A stretch of DNA of 64,000 bases from positions 64,001-128,000 of the forward strand of contig CAWFOM010000001.1 of the NCBI GenBank assembly GCA_963817385.1, in the 5' to 3' direction. Shown here one piece after another: positions 22,780 through 33,526 of the stretch. Numbering within the stretch: position 1 is the stretch's first letter; each line of letters begins with the position of its first letter. The notes below the pieces were generated by a model. The model saw nothing but the letters and a program-made list of their open reading frames with translations. It had not been told where the DNA came from and searched no databases. This stretch comes from an uncultured delta proteobacterium (GTDB lineage Bacteria; Desulfobacterota; Syntrophia; Syntrophales; UBA5619). Both the position numbers and the translations under genes were made by a program.

Positions 22780-23745
22780 ATGAAAAAGAAGATCTTGATC
22801 ATCCAGCCGATCCATGAACGCGGAGTGCAGATATTCGATGACCGCTTCGACGTCCGGGTGGCCTCCGATCCGTCGGCGGCAACAGTCGTCAAAGAGATAA
22901 AGGGAGTGGAGGGCGTCGTCGTCCGGACCGCCCCGTTCACGCGGGAGATCATCGAGGCCGCCGACTCCCTCAAGGTGATCGGTCGCCACGGGGTCGGCGT
23001 CGACAATATCGACGTCAAAGCGGCGACGCAAAAGGGTATCGTCGTCGTCAACACCCCGAATGCGAACGCCACTTCGGTCGTGGAGCACACCCTGACCGCC
23101 ATCGGCGCCCTCGCGAAACGGGTGACGGTCTATGATCGGGCGATTCGCAAAGGGCAATGGGAAATCCGCAACTCCTACCGGGCGGTCGATCTCGACGGCA
23201 AGACCCTCGGTCTCGTGGGAATCGGGAGGATCGGATCCCTGGTCGCCAAAAGAGCGGCGGCGGCCTTCAACATGAAAGTGATCGCCTTCGACCCCTACGT
23301 CACGCCGGAGAAGGCGCGCGGGATGGGCATCACCCTCGTCCCGGTGATCGACGAGGTCTTTCGGCAGGCCGATGTCGTTTCCCTGCACACCCCGCTGACC
23401 CCGGAAACGAGAGGCTTCGTCAATGCCGCGCGGCTGCGCCTGATGAAGCCCACGGCCTTCCTGGTGAACTTCTCCCGGGGAGAGGTGGTGGAGGAAAAGG
23501 CGCTCACTGAAGCGCTCAAGTCGGGCGTTATCGCCGGGGCCGCTATCGATGTTTATGACCCCGAACCGCCGCTCAACGACAACCCGCTGTTTGAACTGGA
23601 CAACATCATCCTCTCGCCGCACAGCGCAGCACTGACCCAGGAGTGCGTGATCCGGATGGCCGTCGGGGCGGCGGAGGGGGTCGTGGAGGTCCTCTCCGGG
23701 AGGCCGCCGCAGTTCGCCGTCAACCCCGAGGTCTTAAAAAAATGA
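22780..23745 (+). CDS. D-isomer-specific 2-hydroxyacid dehydrogenase (SerA-like)
   Basis: RHGVGVDNID, GLVGIGRIG, DVYDPEP, SPHSA. Confidence 0.9.
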   Translation: MKKKILIIQPIHERGVQIFDDRFDVRVASDPSAATVVKEIKGVEGVVVRTAPFTREIIEAADSLKVIGRHGVGVDNIDVKAATQKGIVVVNTPNANATSVVEHTLTAIGALAKRVTVYDRAIRKGQWEIRNSYRAVDLDGKTLGLVGIGRIGSLVAKRAAAAFNMKVIAFDPYVTPEKARGMGITLVPVIDEVFRQADVVSLHTPLTPETRGFVNAARLRLMKPTAFLVNFSRGEVVEEKALTEALKSGVIAGAAIDVYDPEPPLNDNPLFELDNIILSPHSAALTQECVIRMAVGAAEGVVEVLSGRPPQFAVNPEVLKK

Positions 23746-23816
23746 CCTCTGCGCGGATAAGCCGGAGAGACGTCATCCTGTCTGCCGATCCATGATTGCA
23801 GGAGGCACACAAATCC

Positions 23817-24275
23817 GTGAAAAATACATACGAACGCATTACCGCAATGATCACCTTCCTGGGGGGAATATGGATCATGTATTACGCCTGGCAGACGCTG
23901 AAACTCGGCTCGATCCATGTGCCCGATGCCGGCTTTCTGCCGTTTCTGTGCGGGGCTGGCCTGGCCATTCTCGGCATCGTCTGGACTCTCATCCTCCAAT
24001 GGACAAAAGAACAGGAAAATGAAGGTCCCGCGGAGAAGCGCCTCTGGCAACGGCCGCTCTTATCCCTGGTCCTCATGGTGCTCTACGGCTGGGCAATGGA
24101 GACCGTCGGCTACATCACCTCGACGCTTATCTTCATGGTTGCCTGGCAGCAGATTATTGAACGCGAAAAGTGGCTTAAAACGATCATCATCTCGCTGCTG
24201 GGGACGCTCACGATGTACGCCCTTTTCGTCTACCTCCTGAAGGTGCCCATCCCGCCGGAATTTTTTATCAGATAA
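23817..24275 (+). CDS. tctB: tripartite tricarboxylate transporter small subunit
   Basis: PDAGFLP motif, 4-5 TM segments, directly upstream of tctA; GTG start after AGGAGG. Confidence 0.8.
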   Translation: MKNTYERITAMITFLGGIWIMYYAWQTLKLGSIHVPDAGFLPFLCGAGLAILGIVWTLILQWTKEQENEGPAEKRLWQRPLLSLVLMVLYGWAMETVGYITSTLIFMVAWQQIIEREKWLKTIIISLLGTLTMYALFVYLLKVPIPPEFFIR

Positions 24276-24285
24276 AGGAAATACC

Positions 24286-25782
24286 ATGGATATTTTTGCC
24301 GGCCTGCTCAACGGTTTCTCCATCGCTCTTACGGGAACAAATATCCTGTTTTGCTTCATCGGGGCCATCATCGGCACGGCGATCGGCGTCCTGCCCGGTC
24401 TGGGGCCCGCGGCCACGATTGCCCTTTTGCTCCCGATCACCTACGTCATCGGTTCCCCGGTGACGGCGGTCATCATGATGGCGGGCATCTACTACGGCGC
24501 AATGTACGGAGGATCGACCACCTCCATCCTGCTGAACCTCCCCGGCGAGGCGGCCTCCGTCGTCACCTGCATCGACGGCTATCAGATGGCCAAGAAAGGA
24601 CGGGCGGGTGCGGCCCTGGGGATCGCTGCGATCGGATCGTTTATCGCCGGAACGATCGCCGTCGTGGGACTTACCTTCTTCGCCCCGCCGCTGGCCGAAT
24701 TCGCCCTCGATTTCGGCCCCCCCGAATATTTCGCCCTGACGACGCTGGGGCTCCTCCTCGCCGTGACCCTCTCCGGCGGCTCGATCGTCAAGGGGCTGAT
24801 CATCCTCTTCGTCGGACTCCTCCTGGCTATGGTGGGTCTCGACCCGATCTCCGGCAAGATCCGCTTCACCTTCGGAAGCATCGGTCTCCAGGGCGGGTTC
24901 GACTTCGTGACCCTGGCGATGGGGGTCTTCGGCCTCGGCGAGATCCTCTACAACCTGGAATCGACGTTGAAGACGGAAATCGTGACGACGAAGATCGGGA
25001 AGGTCTTCCCGACTCTCAAGGATTGGGCGGATTCCAGGTGGGCGATCTTCCGGGGCTCCGTCATCGGCTTTTTCGTCGGGATCATCCCCGGCGGCGGCGC
25101 CGTCATCTCGTCGCTCGCCTCCTATGCCGTCGAAAAGAAGTATTCCCGGCATCCGGAGGAGTTCGGGCTGGGGGCGATCGAAGGGGTGGCCGGACCGGAG
25201 TCGGCGAATAACGCCGCTTCGAGCTCGTCGTTTATCCCGCTCCTCACCCTGGGCATCCCGGGAAACGCCGCAATCGCCATGATCTTCGCGGCCCTGATGA
25301 TCCAGGGGATCACCCCGGGACCCTTCCTCGTCGCGGAGCATCCGGACGTTTTCTGGGGGGTCATCGCCTCGATGTACATCGGAAACGTGATGCTCCTGGT
25401 ATTGAATCTCCCGATGGTGGGCATCTGGGTGCAGATGCTCCGCGTCCCCTACGGCATCCTCGCCCCGGTAATTGTCCTGTTCACAACGGTCGGCGTCTAC
25501 AGCGTCCAGAACCAGGTCTTCGACATCTATTCGATGCTGTTCTTCGCCGCCCTCGGCTATCTGATGCGAAAACTGGACTTCGATCCGGCCCCGCTGCCGC
25601 TCGCCTTCGTCCTGGGTCCCATGGTCGAGCGTTCGCTTCGGCAGTCGCTTTTGATCTCCGGCGGCGACTTGACCATCTTCGTCTCCCGCCCGATCTCGGG
25701 AACGCTGGTCGCCGTCTTCGTTCTCCTCGTCGTGGGACAGACGATCTTTTATGTAAAACGGAAATGGAGGCGCGAGGGATAA
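24286..25782 (+). CDS. tctA: tripartite tricarboxylate transporter permease
   Basis: GVLPGLG, YYGAMYGGSTTSIL, PESANNA. Confidence 0.93.
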   Translation: MDIFAGLLNGFSIALTGTNILFCFIGAIIGTAIGVLPGLGPAATIALLLPITYVIGSPVTAVIMMAGIYYGAMYGGSTTSILLNLPGEAASVVTCIDGYQMAKKGRAGAALGIAAIGSFIAGTIAVVGLTFFAPPLAEFALDFGPPEYFALTTLGLLLAVTLSGGSIVKGLIILFVGLLLAMVGLDPISGKIRFTFGSIGLQGGFDFVTLAMGVFGLGEILYNLESTLKTEIVTTKIGKVFPTLKDWADSRWAIFRGSVIGFFVGIIPGGGAVISSLASYAVEKKYSRHPEEFGLGAIEGVAGPESANNAASSSSFIPLLTLGIPGNAAIAMIFAALMIQGITPGPFLVAEHPDVFWGVIASMYIGNVMLLVLNLPMVGIWVQMLRVPYGILAPVIVLFTTVGVYSVQNQVFDIYSMLFFAALGYLMRKLDFDPAPLPLAFVLGPMVERSLRQSLLISGGDLTIFVSRPISGTLVAVFVLLVVGQTIFYVKRKWRREG

Positions 25783-25855
25783 TCTGCATATAACGGAATA
25801 ATCGGATACGAATAGAGAAGGAGTTCCATTAACCCACTTACAAAGGAGGTACACC

Positions 25856-26837
25856 ATGACTCGCATGCGTAAAGTCAACCTGTTTCTGACCCTCGCGCTC
25901 GTCGCCATGCTGGCGTTCAGCGACCTGTGCTTCGGCGCCGAGCAATACCCGACCAAGCCGATCCAGGTGATCGTGCCCTTTGCCGCCGGCGGCTCCAGCG
26001 ATCTCACGGCCCGAACCGTGGAAAAGTTCTGGACGAAGTACAGCCCCCAGCCGATGCTCGTCGTCAACAAGCCCGGGGCGGGCGGCGTCCTGGGCGAGGA
26101 ATTCGTCGTCCGCTCCAAACCGGACGGCTACACCATCTATGTCGGACAGGGCTCCGGCCATGACGTGGTCATGCCGCACCTGCAGAAGATGCCCTTCGAC
26201 CCTCTGAAGGACATCACTCCCGGTCGCGAGGCTTTCGATCCACTCGATCTTGATCTGCGTGAGCGGTAAATCCCCGATCAACTCGATGAAGGACCTGATC
26301 GAGTATGCGAAGAAGGGAAACAAGGTTACCGCCGCCGTCTCCACCGCCGCCGGCTCCGTGGATCTCGTTATGAGGGCCATCTCCAAGCGGGCCAATATCC
26401 CGATCACCACCGTGCCCTTCGCCGGCGGCGCCGAATCAACCACCGCCCTGGCGGGCGGTCACCTCACGATCGGCGGCGGCCACCCCTCCGAGGTGATGCC
26501 GCACCTCAAGGCCGGCCGGTTCAAGGCGATCGGCGTGGCCCTCGACAAGCGCGACCCCGTCCTGCCGAAGGTCCCGACCCTTAAGGAACAGGGAATCGAT
26601 GTCGCCACCTGGGGCTCGGTGAAGGGTGTCGCCGTCCCGAACGGCACTCCGCCCGAGATCATCGAATACATCGCCTCGACCCTGAAGAAGATCAGCGAAA
26701 ACCCGGAATACAAGAAAGCCATGGCCTCGATCTACCAGCCGATCGATTACCTGGGCACGAAAGAGTGGGCCGCCTTCCTGCAGAGGGAGTATAAGGACTA
26801 CGGCGACTTGATCAAGGAGTTGGACATCAAGATCTGA
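25856..26837 (+). CDS. tctC: tripartite tricarboxylate transporter substrate-binding protein (frameshift near 26220)
   Basis: YPTKPIQVIVPFAAGGSSD, NKPGAGG, VPTLKEQGID. Confidence 0.88.
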
Positions 26838-26863
26838 CGCCTACGGTTGATCAGCTACAGCGA

Positions 26864-26896
26864 AAGAGGCGCCCCGGTTCTCCGGCGGCGCCTCTT
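26864..26896 (+). terminator. intrinsic terminator after tctC
   Basis: AAGAGGCGCC...GGCGCCTCTT stem. Confidence 0.6.
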
Positions 26897-27291
26897 CATA
26901 TTCCATGCATTTTTCAAGATCATCCCGCCTTTTCCAGACGCTCCGCCACCCAAACCAACATTTCCCCGAAAAACCTGCCCGACCCGCCTAATCGCCGAAA
27001 TCGACAACTCCCCTACAGTCTTTTTTTAGATTATTTGCGCTGTCATGTCCGCGCAACCGGAATCAAAACCTATCGAGGCACAACGGGTTGTGACAAAATC
27101 TCCTTGACACACAAGACCCCTTTCCGTATCCTCACCGTACGCGAAAGCAAGTTCTTATCAATCAATGATAGTGATATCCCGTTCTTTAAGAGGCCGGGGC
27201 AAGCGGCTGCAAGGATGGGATAATAGGGCACCGCCGGGAAACCGGGCGACTAAATGAGAAATCAAATCAAAAGAGAGGAAGAACACGGATC

Positions 27292-27783
27292 ATGAAAAAG
27301 ACGTTAGGAACGATGGCAGCGATAATCGTGGCGGCTATGTTAATAGGAACTTTTATTACGGCGAAGTATGCCACAGCCGGGGAAACCGCCAGGGACGGTC
27401 GTTTCATCGCCTATAGCGATGGAACCGTCTCGGATACGTGGACGAAGCTGATGTGGGCCGCGAAGGACAATGGTAGCGACATAAACTGGGCGAACGCTAA
27501 GTCTTATTGCAAGAATTACCGCGGTGGCGGGTACAAAGACTGGCGGCTGCCGACACAGGATGAACTGGCGGGGTTGTATGATAGGACTAAGGAGTATTTC
27601 TCTCCCTGCGGACCTGACGTTCATTTAACTGAATTGATTCGTGTTACTTGTGCTTGGGCATGGGCATCGGACATGCGCGATGCCAAGGCTGCCTACTTCA
27701 ATTTGAGCGATGGCCATCGTCCTTTGGCTATCCCGTCGGGCACCACCGGCTTCCGGGTGCTTCCGGTGCGTTCCGGAAAATAG
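27292..27783 (+). CDS. secreted DUF1566 (Lcl C-terminal, C-type-lectin-fold) protein
   Basis: DGTVSDTWTKLMWA, GGYKDWRLPT, C-terminal RVLPVR. Confidence 0.85.
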   Translation: MKKTLGTMAAIIVAAMLIGTFITAKYATAGETARDGRFIAYSDGTVSDTWTKLMWAAKDNGSDINWANAKSYCKNYRGGGYKDWRLPTQDELAGLYDRTKEYFSPCGPDVHLTELIRVTCAWAWASDMRDAKAAYFNLSDGHRPLAIPSGTTGFRVLPVRSGK

Positions 27784-27871
27784 ACAATTTGGTTATTTGG
27801 TTATTTGCCGCCTTCTCCGGACACTCCGCACCCGGACCTTGATGAGAGATTGTCGGGAATACCTGCCCCGT

Positions 27872-29206
27872 TCAGATCTCGCGCCGGAGCGCCTGGGCGG
27901 CGATGTGGATCGGATCCCAGGAGCCGCCGAACGGCGGGGAATAGGCCAGATCCAGCCAGCCGACATCGTCGAGACCCAGCCCCGCCCAGATGGCGCAGGC
28001 AAGGGTGTTGATCCGGCTTACCGCCCCCATCTCCCCGACCGCCTGCGCGCCGAGGAGCTTCCCCGTCGTCCTGTCGGCAATCAGCTTGAGCCCCAGTTTT
28101 TTGTTTCCCGGCATGGAACGGGCGGTGGAGCTCCCCCAGATCAGCGTGCTCGCCGGATGGAAGCCGCTCTGGAGGGCTTCCCGCTCGTCGAGCCCGGTCG
28201 CCGCAACTTCCAGATCGAAGAGCTTGAAGCACTGCGACCCCACGACCCCCGGAAAGATCATCTTCCCGCCGCCGATGTTCGCCCCGGCGACGCGCCCCTG
28301 CTTGTTGGCGATGTCGCCCAGGGGAATATTCACCCATTGGCCGCTCACCCGGTGGAACGATTCCGCGCAGTCGCCCACCGCGTAGACCCCCTCCTGCGGG
28401 GTCCGCTGGGAGAAGTTCACCCGGATCGCCCCGCTTTTTCCCAGCGGGAGTTCCATCTGCCGGGCCAGCTCCGTGGCGGGCCTGATCCCCACGGCCATCA
28501 GAATCATGTCCGCCTCCTCCTCGCCGCGGTTCGTGACCAGGCGCAGACGGTGCTCTCTTCCCTCCTCCACCGACCGCGTTTCGACGTCGGTGACGAACCC
28601 CACCTGATGCCGCCCGAGCTCCTCCAGGATCACTTTCCCGAATTCGGGATCCCAACGGTTCACGGGGAGTTTCGCCCGGTGGAAGACCTGCGTCTCGATC
28701 CCGAGGTTCCTGATGGCCTCGCTCATCTCCATCCCGATGAAACCGGCCCCGACGATGATCGCCTTTCGGCAGGCACGATCCCGGAGCCAGGCCTTCATCC
28801 GGACGGCGTCGGTCAATCTCTTCAGCGTAAAGACCCCTTCCCGCTCCTCCCCGGGGATCCCCGGCATGAGCGGCTTCGTCCCCGTCCCCAGGACGAGGGT
28901 ATCATAGGGCAGGGCCTCGCCGCCGGCCAGCCGGACCAGCCTTTTCCCCGGATCGATCTCCTCCACGCGGGTATCGATCCGGACATCGATCCCCGACTCC
29001 CGGAACTTTTCCGGCGTCCGCGCGATCAGGTCTTTCTCATTTTTGATTACATCGCCGATGTAATAGGGCATCGGTCAGGCGGCAACGGATACCTGAGAAC
29101 CTTGCTCGATCATGACGATCGCAAGCGACGGGTCCTGCCGCTTCGCCTCGGCGGCCGCGGAGGCGCCTCCGGCCCCCGCCCCGATGATCACGACATGTGC
29201 TCCCAT
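27872..29206 (-). CDS. CoA-disulfide reductase / NADH oxidase family flavoprotein with selenocysteine at codon 44 (UGA 29075-29077)
   Basis: One continuous frame MGAHVVIIGAGAGGASAA...SVAA-U-PMPYYIG...GAGFIGME...LDLAYSPPF; the UGA falls at the redox Cys position. Confidence 0.88.
29046..29064 (-). promoter_or_regulatory. bacterial SECIS-like hairpin
   Basis: mRNA reads UGA-N10-AUUACAUC-GGC-GAUGUAAU: perfect 8-bp stem with a G-starting loop. Confidence 0.75.
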
Positions 29207-29244
29207 ACCGACTCCTTTCTTGGGAAAAAGCGGGTCCCCGCCCT

Positions 29245-30084
29245 TCAGGCCCGGGTCGCAAAACGGCGGACAACGTAAACCACGGCGCCGGCCGCGATCA
29301 TCGCGAAGCAGAGGAGCTGACCCATGCTGAAGGGGCCGAGGACGAAACCCAGTTGCGCGTCCGGCTCCCGGAAGAACTCGATGACAAACCGGATAACGCC
29401 GTAGCCGATCAGGTAGAAGGCGAACAAGGCGCCATCGAAGGGGCTCTTCCGCCGGATCAGCCAGAGGATGGCGAACAGGACGATCCCTTCGAAGAATGCC
29501 TCGTAGAGCTGGGAGGGGTGGCGCAGCAAGTGGAGCGGATCGTTCGGAAAGACCATCCCCCAGGGAACGGTGGTGGCCCGTCCGTAGAGCTCGCCGTTGA
29601 TGAAATTGCCGATCCTTCCGAAGGTGTAGCCGAGCGGGATCGCCGGGCAGATGAGATCGGCGAAGCGCCAGAAGGCGATCTTCCGCCGCCGGCAGAAGAT
29701 GACGCTGGCAACGAGGATGGCGATCACCCCTCCGTGGAAGGACATCCCGCTGATCCCGATGAAGTGAAAACCGCCCGAGAATTCAAAGGGAAAGATGATC
29801 TCCAGCGGGTGCTTAAGGTAGTATCCCCAGTTGTAGAAAAAGACATAGCCGAAGCGGCCGCCCAGGATCACCCCGAGGATCGCCCAGACGAAATAGTCCT
29901 GGATCTGATCCGCCGTGTAGGGGTACCCCTCCCGTCGAATCCGGTGCATGACAAGGAAATAGGTGGTCGCGAACGCGGCCAGGTACATCAGGCTGTAGTA
30001 GCGCAGCGGAAACGACCCGATCTCGAAGAGATTCGGGCTCATCTGCGCCGGGATATTCCGCCAGATCGAGATAAGATCCTGCAT
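29245..30084 (-). CDS. lgt: prolipoprotein diacylglyceryl transferase
   Basis: GMSFHGG, GRIGNFINGELYGR, RHPSQLYE. Confidence 0.96.
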   Translation of the reverse strand: MQDLISIWRNIPAQMSPNLFEIGSFPLRYYSLMYLAAFATTYFLVMHRIRREGYPYTADQIQDYFVWAILGVILGGRFGYVFFYNWGYYLKHPLEIIFPFEFSGGFHFIGISGMSFHGGVIAILVASVIFCRRRKIAFWRFADLICPAIPLGYTFGRIGNFINGELYGRATTVPWGMVFPNDPLHLLRHPSQLYEAFFEGIVLFAILWLIRRKSPFDGALFAFYLIGYGVIRFVIEFFREPDAQLGFVLGPFSMGQLLCFAMIAAGAVVYVVRRFATRA

Positions 30085-31049
30085 CAGTAGGCTTCCCCTT
30101 TCATCTCTTCGATGAAGAGCTGGGCGGAAACGGCCGCCGTCGCCCCGTCGCCGCAGGCGGTGACGACCTGGCGGAGACGCTTGGCCGTACAGTCCCCGCA
30201 GGCGAAGATCCCGGGGATCGATGTCTGCATATTCGCATCAACCAGAGCGTAGCCGCCCCGATCCAGAGCGATCAGCTCCCGGAAGGCGGCGGTATTGGGG
30301 GTGAGGCCGACGAAGACGAAGACCCCGTCGGCGGGAAGCTCCCGCTCTCCGCCCGTCTTGAGATCCTTCAGCCGGATCCACTGGACGAGATCGAGACCTT
30401 CGATCGACTCGACGACGGAGTTCCAGGCAAAGGCGATCTTCTCGTTGGCGAAGGCCCGCTTCTGGAGAATCCCCGTGGCCCGGAGCCGATCCCGCCGGTG
30501 GATGACCGTCACCTTCTTCGCGAAGCGGGTGAGGTAGATCGCCTCCTGGATGGCCGTATCGCCCCCGCCGACAACCGCGACCTCCCGGTTCCGGTAGAAG
30601 GGGCCGTCGCAGGTGGCGCAGAAGGAGACCCCTTTCCCGATGAACCGCTCCTCGCCCGGAACGCCGAGACGCCGCCAGGTCGCCCCCGTGGCGATGATCA
30701 CGGCGAGCGCCCCGTAGCGCATCGCACCGGCGGCGATCTCCCAGCCGTCCTGCCCGCCCCACCGTTTTTTCGTCACCGCCGTCACGTCGCCGGAGGCGGT
30801 CTGCAGACCGAACTGGACGGCCTGCGTCTTGAGACGTTCGGCGAGATCGAAGCCGTTGATCCCCTCCGGGATTCCCGGGTAGTTCTCGATGACATCGGTG
30901 ACGGTGACCTGACTCACCGTCGATGCGCCCGCGATTGCGAGCACCCGGAGATTCGCCCGGGCGGCGTACATCCCGGCGGTGAGCCCCGCCGGTCCGCCGC
31001 CGATGATGACGATGTCGTAGGGTGAATGGGAAGCCGATTCTTCGGTCAT
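30084..31049 (-). CDS. trxB: thioredoxin-disulfide reductase
   Basis: GGGPAGLTA, CATCDG, GGGDTA, GIFACGD. Confidence 0.95.
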   Translation of the reverse strand: MTEESASHSPYDIVIIGGGPAGLTAGMYAARANLRVLAIAGASTVSQVTVTDVIENYPGIPEGINGFDLAERLKTQAVQFGLQTASGDVTAVTKKRWGGQDGWEIAAGAMRYGALAVIIATGATWRRLGVPGEERFIGKGVSFCATCDGPFYRNREVAVVGGGDTAIQEAIYLTRFAKKVTVIHRRDRLRATGILQKRAFANEKIAFAWNSVVESIEGLDLVQWIRLKDLKTGGERELPADGVFVFVGLTPNTAAFRELIALDRGGYALVDANMQTSIPGIFACGDCTAKRLRQVVTACGDGATAAVSAQLFIEEMKGEAY

Positions 31050-31353
31050 GACCGTTTTCTCCTTGTATCCGTCTCTCTCGGGAATGGTGCCCGCATAAAA
31101 AGCCATCCGCGCGGCGCGGTCCGGCAGGAATGATTCCGCCCCGGCCAGCCCCTATTTAATCGACAAACCGGCCTTTTGTAAAGAGCTAAATGGGTGCTCA
31201 CCGGGTGCGGCTACCTCCCCTCACCCAGCCCCCGGAGGCGATTGTTCAAAGCGAGTTGCCGTTCCTTGCTTGACACGGCATCCCGGATTGCCTATAGTGC
31301 ATCCGCTTCCATACACACTCACGGTTATCCGCCCAACAAACGGGGAGTAACGC

Positions 31354-33519
31354 ATGCCGGACAATCCGCTGCACCTGCTTTTGCACCCGCGATCCATCGC
31401 CACTGCCGGCGCCAGCAACAATCCGATGAAAATGGGGACCCTGCAGGCCCTCTCCATCTTGAAGGACGGCTGGCAGGGAACGTTCTATCCCATCCACCCC
31501 ACGGAAAAGATCGTCCTGGGACACCGGGCCTACGCCTCGCCGCTGGATCTGCCCGAGACCCCGGACCTTGCCCTGCTCGTCGTGCCCACGGCCGCGGTCG
31601 TCCCCCTCCTCGAAGATTTCGCCGCAATCGGGACGAAGCGGGCCATCGTCATCAGCGCCGGATTCCGGGAGGCCGGCGACGAAGGACGGCGATTGCAGGA
31701 GCGGATCAAGGAGATCTGCGCGGCCTCCGGGATGCGCGTGTTGGGCCCCAACTGCATGGGGATCGTAAACACGGCGATCTCCCTGAACGTAACCGTCGCC
31801 GCGATGGAGAGCAGGCCGGGCAGTCTCGGCCTCGCCTCCCAGAGCGGCACCTACATTACCCAGACGCTCGCCTACCTCAGGGAGCGGGGGATCCGATTCA
31901 GCAAGGCGGTCAGTTGCGGGAACGAGGCCGACATCGACATCATCGACGCCCTCGAATACCTGGGCGCGGACGAACAGACCAAGGCGATCATCCTCTACAT
32001 CGAAGGGATCCGCGACGGCCGGCGGTTCATCGAGACCGCCCAACGGATCACGCCGGTGAAGCCGGTCCTCGCCCAGTACGTCGGCGGATCGGCCGCCGGC
32101 GCCCGGGCGGGCCTCAGCCACACCGGCGCCCTGGCCGGCCCCGATTTGCTCTACGAAGGCATCTTCCAACAAGCCGGCATAATCCGTTGCCATTCCATCG
32201 AAGACCTCTACACCCGCGGCTGGGTGCACGCCACCCAGCCGCCGCTGAGAGGCAACAGGCTCGCCGTCGTCACGAACTCCGGCGGGCCGGGGACGGCCAT
32301 CGCCCATACCGCCGATCAGGGCGGCATGACGGTCCCCCGCTTCTCCGACACCCTGCAGGTCCGGATCCGGCCGCTGATCCCGCCCCACGCCTCCAGCGCC
32401 AACCCGGTGGATCTTACCTTCCATCTGGACATGCGGACCCTGGCCATAACCATCCCCACGCTCATCATGGAAAGCGGCGAGGCGGACGGCGTCGTCCTCC
32501 ATGGTGTGATGAATTCGGGCTTCATGAATATGGTCTACCCCCATGTCCGCGAACTGCTGGGCAATATATCCCGGGAGTCATTTCTCGAGGGGATAGCGTA
32601 CGATATGACCCCCGCCGCGGCGCTGCCCCGGAAATACAACCTCCCCCTGGTCATCTCCTCCTTCTTCGGCCGCGAAGACAGCTTCACATCGTTCTATCGG
32701 GAAAACGACATCCCCGTCTTCGACTCGCCCGAGAAGGCGGCCCGGGGGATGGTTTCCCTCCTCGACCACAAAAAGATCCGTGAACGGAAGCCCATCGAAC
32801 AGCCGCTCCTCCCCGAGAAAAATCCCGGGGCGTCGCGGATCATCCGCGAGGCGCTTGCCGCCGGCCGGACGGCCCTCGACGAGCACCAGGCGAAACAGAT
32901 CCTCGCCGCCTACGGCGTCACGGTCACCCGGGAGGCGATCGCCGCGACCGAGGACGAGGCCGTGGAAGCTGCACGCTCAATCGGATTTCCGGTCGCCGTG
33001 AAGGCCTGTGACTGGGAGATCATGCACAAAAGCGGCAAGGGGCTCATCGCCCTGAACGTTCAGTCGGAAGCGGGCCTTCGCACGGCGTTCCATGCCGTCC
33101 GGGAGGCCGCGGGCCGGAAGATCCCGATCCTCGTCCAGGCGATGGTTAACGGGAGTCGTGAGTTCGTCGCCGGGATGACCCGCTTCCCCGGTTTCGGTCC
33201 CTGCGTCCTGTTCGGCCTCGGCGGCACCTTCACCGAGGCGATCCGGGACACCTGCTTCCGGTCGGCGCCTTTGAGCGCAATGGAGGCGGAGGAGATGCTC
33301 TTCGCAATCCGGGCGAAGGCGCTCCTGGACGAGTTCCGCGGACTTCCCGCCGTCGACCGCACTGCCCTGGCCGGGATCCTCCAGGCCGTGGGTGTCGTCG
33401 CCCTGCTCCACCCGGAGATCGCCGAGATCGATCTCAATCCCGTCATCATCACGGACGCAACCCCCGTCATCGCCGACGCCCTGTTCATCCTGGCACCGCC
33501 CGCGGCGTGCATAGGATAA
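31354..33519 (+). CDS. acetate/acyl-CoA ligase (ADP-forming), fused alpha-beta
   Basis: LGPNCMG, SQSGT, SHTGALAG, NPVDLT, EIDLNPV. Confidence 0.92.
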   Translation: MPDNPLHLLLHPRSIATAGASNNPMKMGTLQALSILKDGWQGTFYPIHPTEKIVLGHRAYASPLDLPETPDLALLVVPTAAVVPLLEDFAAIGTKRAIVISAGFREAGDEGRRLQERIKEICAASGMRVLGPNCMGIVNTAISLNVTVAAMESRPGSLGLASQSGTYITQTLAYLRERGIRFSKAVSCGNEADIDIIDALEYLGADEQTKAIILYIEGIRDGRRFIETAQRITPVKPVLAQYVGGSAAGARAGLSHTGALAGPDLLYEGIFQQAGIIRCHSIEDLYTRGWVHATQPPLRGNRLAVVTNSGGPGTAIAHTADQGGMTVPRFSDTLQVRIRPLIPPHASSANPVDLTFHLDMRTLAITIPTLIMESGEADGVVLHGVMNSGFMNMVYPHVRELLGNISRESFLEGIAYDMTPAAALPRKYNLPLVISSFFGREDSFTSFYRENDIPVFDSPEKAARGMVSLLDHKKIRERKPIEQPLLPEKNPGASRIIREALAAGRTALDEHQAKQILAAYGVTVTREAIAATEDEAVEAARSIGFPVAVKACDWEIMHKSGKGLIALNVQSEAGLRTAFHAVREAAGRKIPILVQAMVNGSREFVAGMTRFPGFGPCVLFGLGGTFTEAIRDTCFRSAPLSAMEAEEMLFAIRAKALLDEFRGLPAVDRTALAGILQAVGVVALLHPEIAEIDLNPVIITDATPVIADALFILAPPAACIG

Positions 33520-33526
33520 AGATCCT

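Noticed and set aside
27224..27256. GGGCACCGCCGGGAAACCGGGCG hairpin as a riboswitch
   Set aside because: Only one short stem; the rest of any known aptamer is missing
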